From a virus (lineage: Duplodnaviria; Heunggongvirae; Uroviricota; Caudoviricetes): a stretch of 10,139 nt of DNA. Position numbers and translations under genes: made by a program. The stretch covers positions 1 through 10,139 of IMG/VR virus record IMGVR_UViG_3300034082_002445; one strand, given 5' to 3'. Position 1 is the stretch's first letter; every line of letters begins with the position of its first letter. The notes under the pieces were generated by a model. It was not told where the DNA came from and ran no database searches. It was given only the letters and a program-made list of their open reading frames with translations. This document shows positions 5,814 to 10,139 of the stretch, in pieces.

Positions 5814-6047
5814 ATGGAAAATCATTTCGATAAACTTATTAAGATCGTAGAATCTTGTGAAACTCCAGATCAAATGAATGTTAGATTCATTAATTGGTCT
5901 TTTAGAGCCCTAGAGCACATGAAAACTCTTTTTAATGATGAAGAGTATGATAAAAAAGTAAGAACACTAGCAAAAACAATTCAAAATAGAAGTATAGAAG
6001 TATATGCACAAACGAATCATATTAGCAGGACCGGGAGCATCGGGTAA
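5814..6047 (+). CDS. Hypothetical protein, 77 aa (start revised to ATG 5814)
   Basis: ATG lies 4 nt after the upstream stop; the 3' end overlaps the kinase gene by 44 nt. Confidence 0.6.
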   Translation: MENHFDKLIKIVESCETPDQMNVRFINWSFRALEHMKTLFNDEEYDKKVRTLAKTIQNRSIEVYAQTNHISRTGSIG

Positions 6048-6483
6048 GGATCACATGAGAAAGCTATTGGAATCTAGAGGTTTCAAATACGCTGTAAGTT
6101 ACACAACAAGACCACCAAGACCAGGTGAAATAGAAGGAGTCGACTATTACTTTTTAACAAAAGAACAATGTCAACAAATGAAAGATGCTGGTCTATTTTA
6201 TGAAGTGATAGACTTTAATGGTTGGTCTTATGGAACTTCTTTGGCCCAATTTTATAATGATGATGTTTTTATCATGACACCTTCAGGTTTAGAACACTTA
6301 AAGACTGAAGATCGCGCGACCTCATTAGTTATGTTCTTTGACATTGAAGAATCAATAAGAATGGAACGATTAGCAGCCAGAGTAATGCCAGGACATTCAG
6401 TCGAAGCCAGATTACAAGCCGACAGAGATTTATTTGCCGGATTTACAAACTATGACGTTAGGATTTCTGATCCTAACTTTTAA
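6004..6483 (+). CDS. gmk: Guanylate kinase-like nucleoside monophosphate kinase
   Basis: P-loop ILAGPGASGKD, Gmk signature SYTTRPPRPGEIEGVDYYF, and YGT motif. Confidence 0.9.
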   Translation: MHKRIILAGPGASGKDHMRKLLESRGFKYAVSYTTRPPRPGEIEGVDYYFLTKEQCQQMKDAGLFYEVIDFNGWSYGTSLAQFYNDDVFIMTPSGLEHLKTEDRATSLVMFFDIEESIRMERLAARVMPGHSVEARLQADRDLFAGFTNYDVRISDPNF

Positions 6484-6486
6484 AAA

Positions 6487-6514
6487 GAAACTTTCAAGTC
6501 GAAGGATATATAAA
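6487..6514 (+). promoter_or_regulatory. Putative promoter GAAAC-N17-TATAAA upstream of the 6542-8185 unit
   Basis: GAAAC 6487-6491 and TATAAA 6509-6514; same spacing as the 2039 and 2871 sites. Confidence 0.5.
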
Positions 6515-6541
6515 AAACATAATTTCTTAAAATTTTAAAAA

Positions 6542-7099
6542 ATGAAAAAAATCGAAGATTTAAAATCACAACTAGCTGAATTAGAGGTAAAAGCTGAAGC
6601 AGCTCAAAAAGAATCATCTGAAACTTTGTATGATTTGGTATTGGAAAGTCCAAAAACCATCAAACAAATTCAAGATAGAATTAACAAAGATTACGAATGG
6701 GAGTCTCGTACTGCTGCCGTAGTTGTACATTTACATGATCGTTTGTCAGAAGAACGTAAACGTATTAGTGTAGCAGAAGCTAGTGAAGATGGCACAATTA
6801 CAATCCAAATGAAAGGAATTGAATTGAATGGTCTTTACCAAGCAATGTTAAACATGAAAGGCACAGGAGTTGAAAATGCTCGTACTTTCGCAAGATTATT
6901 AACAAGTATTGGTAAACAAGTTACAGAGGCAATGCAATCTATGGCTGTTGTTAACCAAAAAGTGATGGAAATTCACAAAGAAATTTCAGAAGTTGAGAAC
7001 GAGATCGCAAGAATCGAAGATGCTGAACTAGCTGAAAGATTAGAAGCTCAAGATCGCGCTAACAATCCAGTTGAGATTGAAGCAGATCAAAAAGCTTAA
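6542..7099 (+). CDS. Hypothetical helical/coiled-coil protein, 185 aa
   Basis: Heptad-like E/K/L/A-rich segments at both ends (IEDLKSQLAELEVKAEA; IHKEISEVENEIARIE); no catalytic motif seen. Confidence 0.8.
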   Translation: MKKIEDLKSQLAELEVKAEAAQKESSETLYDLVLESPKTIKQIQDRINKDYEWESRTAAVVVHLHDRLSEERKRISVAEASEDGTITIQMKGIELNGLYQAMLNMKGTGVENARTFARLLTSIGKQVTEAMQSMAVVNQKVMEIHKEISEVENEIARIEDAELAERLEAQDRANNPVEIEADQKA

Positions 7100-7115
7100 A
7101 ACATTACTTTAAACG

Positions 7116-7652
7116 ATGAAGAATACAAGCAAGAGCAAGAATAGATTAGAACTTTTGGACATGGTGACTGAAGCAGTTACTAGTGACCGTATATTTGAAA
7201 CAATTAATTATCAGACTCAGTCTGAAGATAAAATCAAGCAATTCATGTATCCTAACATTTTATCTTCTTTTAAGAAGTTTTTAATGGAACAAAGAGGATA
7301 TGACGCAAATGTAGCTGATATGAAATCCAAACAAAGTTTACTTTGGGAAGGTAACAAGAAAACTACAGTCAAAAACATGATGTTTATGGGCACTCAAAAC
7401 CGACCAGACATGGTTGTTGAATTGGGTGACGTAAGAATTGCTATTGAAATTAAACGTGGAGAAACTGGTTCTGATTTAAGATCTGGCTTTGGTCAATCAA
7501 TGGTTTATGCAACTGTTTATGACTTTGTATTGTATCTCTTCATCGATACCAGTAAAGACAAGAAAATCCTGAACTCAAGTACAGGTGGAAATGAAGTTGA
7601 TTTCGTAGAAACAATTTGGAAGAATTGGAACATAAGATTCGCAATAGTTTAA
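7116..7652 (+). CDS. PD-(D/E)xK superfamily (restriction-endonuclease-like) nuclease
   Basis: RPD (D 7407) ... IAIEIK (E 7446, K 7452) ... GFGQSMVYA (Q-x3-Y helix seen in Mrr-like/type IV nucleases). Confidence 0.78.
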   Translation: MKNTSKSKNRLELLDMVTEAVTSDRIFETINYQTQSEDKIKQFMYPNILSSFKKFLMEQRGYDANVADMKSKQSLLWEGNKKTTVKNMMFMGTQNRPDMVVELGDVRIAIEIKRGETGSDLRSGFGQSMVYATVYDFVLYLFIDTSKDKKILNSSTGGNEVDFVETIWKNWNIRFAIV

Positions 7653-8185
7653 TGAGCAAAATTTTTGTAACAGGCAACTTACAGTTTGGCCGACCAAGTA
7701 TTATCAAGAAGATGAAAAGACCCTTTGAGTCTCTTGAAGAGATGCACGAAGAGTTGATTAAAAAATGGAATGCGGTTGTCGCCATAAACGATACAGTGTA
7801 CCATTGTGGCAACTTTGCATGGGATCCTGATACTGCAGAAACTATGTTAAACAAACTTAATGGTAACATTTATTTAATTCCAGGCGAAGATGACAATGCC
7901 ATTTTAGATCTTGTTAAAAACAAAAGCGTGCCTAAGCATGCAGTTGTTATTGACACAATCAATGAAATCAGTGAATTAGAATCAGTATTGTCTTATTGGC
8001 CCATGACTGTGTGGCCTAAACAAAGTAGACGTTATTACAATGTGCATGCTTACCCAAGCAAAAAGCACTTATCAAATCACAAATCTAAAAGCCTAAATGT
8101 GGCATGTGATTTCTGGGGCTACAAGCCCATCGAATTAGAAACAGTTAAAGAGTTGGTAAATCTCAACGAAGAATTTACTGATTGA
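7652..8185 (+). CDS. Calcineurin-like metallophosphoesterase homologue with degenerate active site (start revised to ATG 7652)
   Basis: Family scaffold is recognisable: IFVTG..FG..IIK..RPF..EEM..LI..WN.VV..DTVYH.G.F..LNG..LI.G..D..P..W..NV..D.W.YKP. Metal-ligand motifs are substituted. The start overlaps the upstream stop (TAATG). Confidence 0.85.
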   Translation: MSKIFVTGNLQFGRPSIIKKMKRPFESLEEMHEELIKKWNAVVAINDTVYHCGNFAWDPDTAETMLNKLNGNIYLIPGEDDNAILDLVKNKSVPKHAVVIDTINEISELESVLSYWPMTVWPKQSRRYYNVHAYPSKKHLSNHKSKSLNVACDFWGYKPIELETVKELVNLNEEFTD

Positions 8186-8201
8186 TTACCAACTCTTTAA
8201 C

Positions 8202-8236
8202 ATTTATTTTCAAAAAAACTGAAAATAAATTTTTTT
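8202..8236 (+). terminator. AT-rich terminator-like hairpin
   Basis: Perfect 11-bp stem ATTTATTTTCA(8202-8212)/TGAAAATAAAT(8220-8230) followed by a T-run; weak because it is almost all A-U. Confidence 0.45.
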
Positions 8237-8269
8237 ATGTCAAGTTTTTTGTGTATATTTACACTATAA
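8230..8269 (+). promoter_or_regulatory. Repeated promoter module B
   Basis: 36/40 identical to 5133-5172; lies 12 nt upstream of ATG 8282. Confidence 0.7.
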
Positions 8270-8281
8270 CTTAAAAACAAT

Positions 8282-8521
8282 ATGAAACAATCGGAAAAGT
8301 ATTTGAATCTTATCAACGAAGATTATCAATTGGATCCAACCCATCCAGAGTATTATGGTTTTTTAAACACAAATCCTTCTGACTCTGGTGAATTTACAAC
8401 GATAGCTACATATATTGCTCAGAATCCTGAAAAATATAAAGATGTCTTGAATAAGCTTAATTTAGAGATTGGGTTCAATTCATGTAAAGAAGAAATGGTC
8501 TTTGTTAGAAAATGTTCGTAA
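8282..8521 (+). CDS. Hypothetical protein, 79 aa
   Basis: ORF directly downstream of promoter B; no motif recognised. Confidence 0.75.
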   Translation: MKQSEKYLNLINEDYQLDPTHPEYYGFLNTNPSDSGEFTTIATYIAQNPEKYKDVLNKLNLEIGFNSCKEEMVFVRKCS

Positions 8522-8560
8522 CTTTTTAAAATAAAAGTGTCCGGTTTAAAAAGAATGTAT

Positions 8561-8576
8561 TATATTAGCAGTATGA
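8561..8576 (+). promoter_or_regulatory. Variant of promoter A/B core (TATATTAGCAGTATGA) upstream of the sigma gene
   Basis: Aligns with TATATTTACAGTATAA at 5157 (13/16); followed by an A-rich leader to ATG 8603. Confidence 0.45.
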
Positions 8577-8602
8577 ATAACCAAAATAAAAACAGCAAAC
8601 GT

Positions 8603-9223
8603 ATGAAAGTAAAAAACAATAACCTAAGCTATCGTGAATTAGCAGAAAATTTTGTAGCAACTAAATCTGAATCAGATTATGTGCAATTGTATAAAAAAGT
8701 TAAACCAGGTTTAAGATCTTATATCTTTAAAACTGTTAAGGACTCTGCTGCAGCTGAAGATATTTTGACTAATACATTGACTAAGTTGTGGACCAAGATT
8801 GATCAGTATGATCCTCAGTATCAAATTACAACATGGTTATATCGCATTGCATTCAACGAGTGTCTTGGTTGGATTCGTGAACGTAATCGTAAGTATTCTT
8901 TGGATTCTATGCAAGAATTTGGTTTAGACATTGAAGAATCAACTGGTAAACTTACAAGTAACATTTCTGATTTGATGGAAGATTACGAAATGAAATCTGA
9001 AGCTGATTATTTAGCTGAAGATGCAGAACTTGATAGAGTTTATGAATCTACTTTGATGGCAATGGATAAGTTGAAACCAATATATAAGAATATACTTGTT
9101 GATCGAATCATCAATGAAATGAAATACGAAGATTTGGCTGATAAGTATAAATTACCTTTGCAAACTATCAAAAATAGAATTCGTCGAGGTCGCTTATTGG
9201 TGATCGAGATGGTCGAAGCATAA
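8603..9223 (+). CDS. ECF-type (sigma-70 group 4) RNA polymerase sigma factor
   Basis: Region 2 AEDILTNTLTKLW...YDPQYQITTWLYRIAFN and region 4 HTH LKPIYKNILVDRIINEMKYEDLADKYKLPLQTIKNRIRRGR. ATG 8603 is preferred; ATG 8573 is an alternative start. Confidence 0.92.
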   Translation: MKVKNNNLSYRELAENFVATKSESDYVQLYKKVKPGLRSYIFKTVKDSAAAEDILTNTLTKLWTKIDQYDPQYQITTWLYRIAFNECLGWIRERNRKYSLDSMQEFGLDIEESTGKLTSNISDLMEDYEMKSEADYLAEDAELDRVYESTLMAMDKLKPIYKNILVDRIINEMKYEDLADKYKLPLQTIKNRIRRGRLLVIEMVEA

Positions 9224-9429
9224 TGGAACAACCAAACAAACAAAGAAGCATGCAAATGTACCACATCATGAGCGAGGGCAATGCATTAGAAACTTGCATG
9301 ACTAGTGAAACTGCTTTTAAAAAGGCAAAAGATCTTAATGCAGATAAAATTGAGTTAGTAAACATAGCATGGGATTCAACTGGAGAATCTACAATTAGTA
9401 GGCAAACCATTTGGTCAAAAAAGAAATAA
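9223..9429 (+). CDS. Hypothetical protein, 68 aa, translationally coupled to the sigma gene
   Basis: TAATG overlap at 9221-9225. Confidence 0.7.
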   Translation: MEQPNKQRSMQMYHIMSEGNALETCMTSETAFKKAKDLNADKIELVNIAWDSTGESTISRQTIWSKKK

Positions 9430-9432
9430 ATT

Positions 9433-10089
9433 ATGGAACCAGAAAAAGACATATTCGACCAATGGGCTGAAGAACGTGAAAGTAAATCATGGATCATTAG
9501 AAAACTTGAGTTCATTCCAATGTGGTGGAGCAATGATGGCATGTATTTACATAAGACTATTTGGACTGGACTAAAGAATCTTTGGTATTGGTTTCCTATT
9601 ATCTGGAAAGATCGCCATTGGGATGACCATTATATCTTTGAAGTTATGATGCACAAACTTAAAGCCCAATCTAAATATATTGGTGACAGAGATTGGCATA
9701 CAAGGTCACAAAGAGATGCTGAAATTATGATGACTTGTGTTCGTCTAATGAAATTAGTTAAAGACGAGCATTACAGTTCAGAATATATGGATTATCATGA
9801 AACTAAACATTGGTTTGAACCAGTACCTGACAAAGAAGGTTATAGTTCATGGGAGTCAAGACAACTTAAAGAAAACTTTGATGACTTCTTTAAGAAACAT
9901 CCATCAGCTTATAAAAAGGTTTTAGCAGATGAAAAACTACAGATCTTTGGAATAGAACCAAGAGATGGTGAAACTGAAACTGATGCTAAACAAAGAATCG
10001 CAATGAATATTGGTCACTATAATCATAACAGAGCAAGAAAATTACTCTTTAAATTGATGGAAGAAAACATCGAAAAATGGTGGGACTAA
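9433..10089 (+). CDS. Hypothetical Trp-rich phage protein, 218 aa
   Basis: Long ORF with an internal WFPIIWKDRHWD segment; no function recognised. Confidence 0.85.
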   Translation: MEPEKDIFDQWAEERESKSWIIRKLEFIPMWWSNDGMYLHKTIWTGLKNLWYWFPIIWKDRHWDDHYIFEVMMHKLKAQSKYIGDRDWHTRSQRDAEIMMTCVRLMKLVKDEHYSSEYMDYHETKHWFEPVPDKEGYSSWESRQLKENFDDFFKKHPSAYKKVLADEKLQIFGIEPRDGETETDAKQRIAMNIGHYNHNRARKLLFKLMEENIEKWWD

Positions 10090-10139
10090 AATTTGATTCA
10101 GCTGAGTTATATATGTTACGCATCAACGCGCATAAAATA

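Noticed and set aside
5112-8602. Longer track starts at 5112, 5760, 7616 and 8537
   Set aside because: They run through terminators, promoters or upstream genes; ATG 5190, 5814, 7652 and 8603 fit leaders and domain boundaries better.
7540-9542. Minus-strand ORFs 7540..7869, 9040..9264 and 9168..9542
   Set aside because: Antisense to well-supported genes, with no motifs.
1-10139. Alternative genetic code (stop-codon recoding)
   Set aside because: Genes end almost exclusively in TAA, but no recognised gene is interrupted by an in-frame TAG or TGA and there is no suppressor tRNA here; no positive evidence in this window.

Overview
AT-rich, gene-dense, entirely + strand segment that looks like part of a large (possibly jumbo) tailed-phage genome. 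A Bacteroidota host is inferred from A-rich leaders without Shine-Dalgarno sites, TAnnTTTG-like promoter elements and a Bacteroidota-style lipoprotein. Gene order: 3' part of a collagen-like fibre gene, GH24 lysozyme, tRNA-Arg(UCU), 2OG-Fe(II) oxygenase (DUF6445-like), tRNA-Ser(UGA), a 54-aa lipoprotein missed by the ORF track, a Zn-ribbon protein with a structured 5' leader, an AT-rich SAM methyltransferase, small hypotheticals, a guanylate-kinase-like gene, a coiled-coil / PD-(D/E)xK nuclease / degenerate metallophosphoesterase unit, an ECF-type sigma factor and two hypotheticals. Main points: (1) a metallophosphoesterase with essentially all metal ligands replaced, translationally coupled to a nuclease; (2) three intergenic GAAAC-N17-TATAA promoter-like sites that may be targets of the encoded ECF sigma; (3) a micro-lipoprotein with four Bacteroidota O-glycosylation sequons; (4) a methyltransferase flanked by a perfect 27-bp direct repeat that duplicates the next gene's start, leaving an 11-codon minigene coupled to it; (5) a three-way-junction RNA candidate and flanking inverted repeats around the Zn-ribbon gene. 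All calls were made by eye; no database searches were run.
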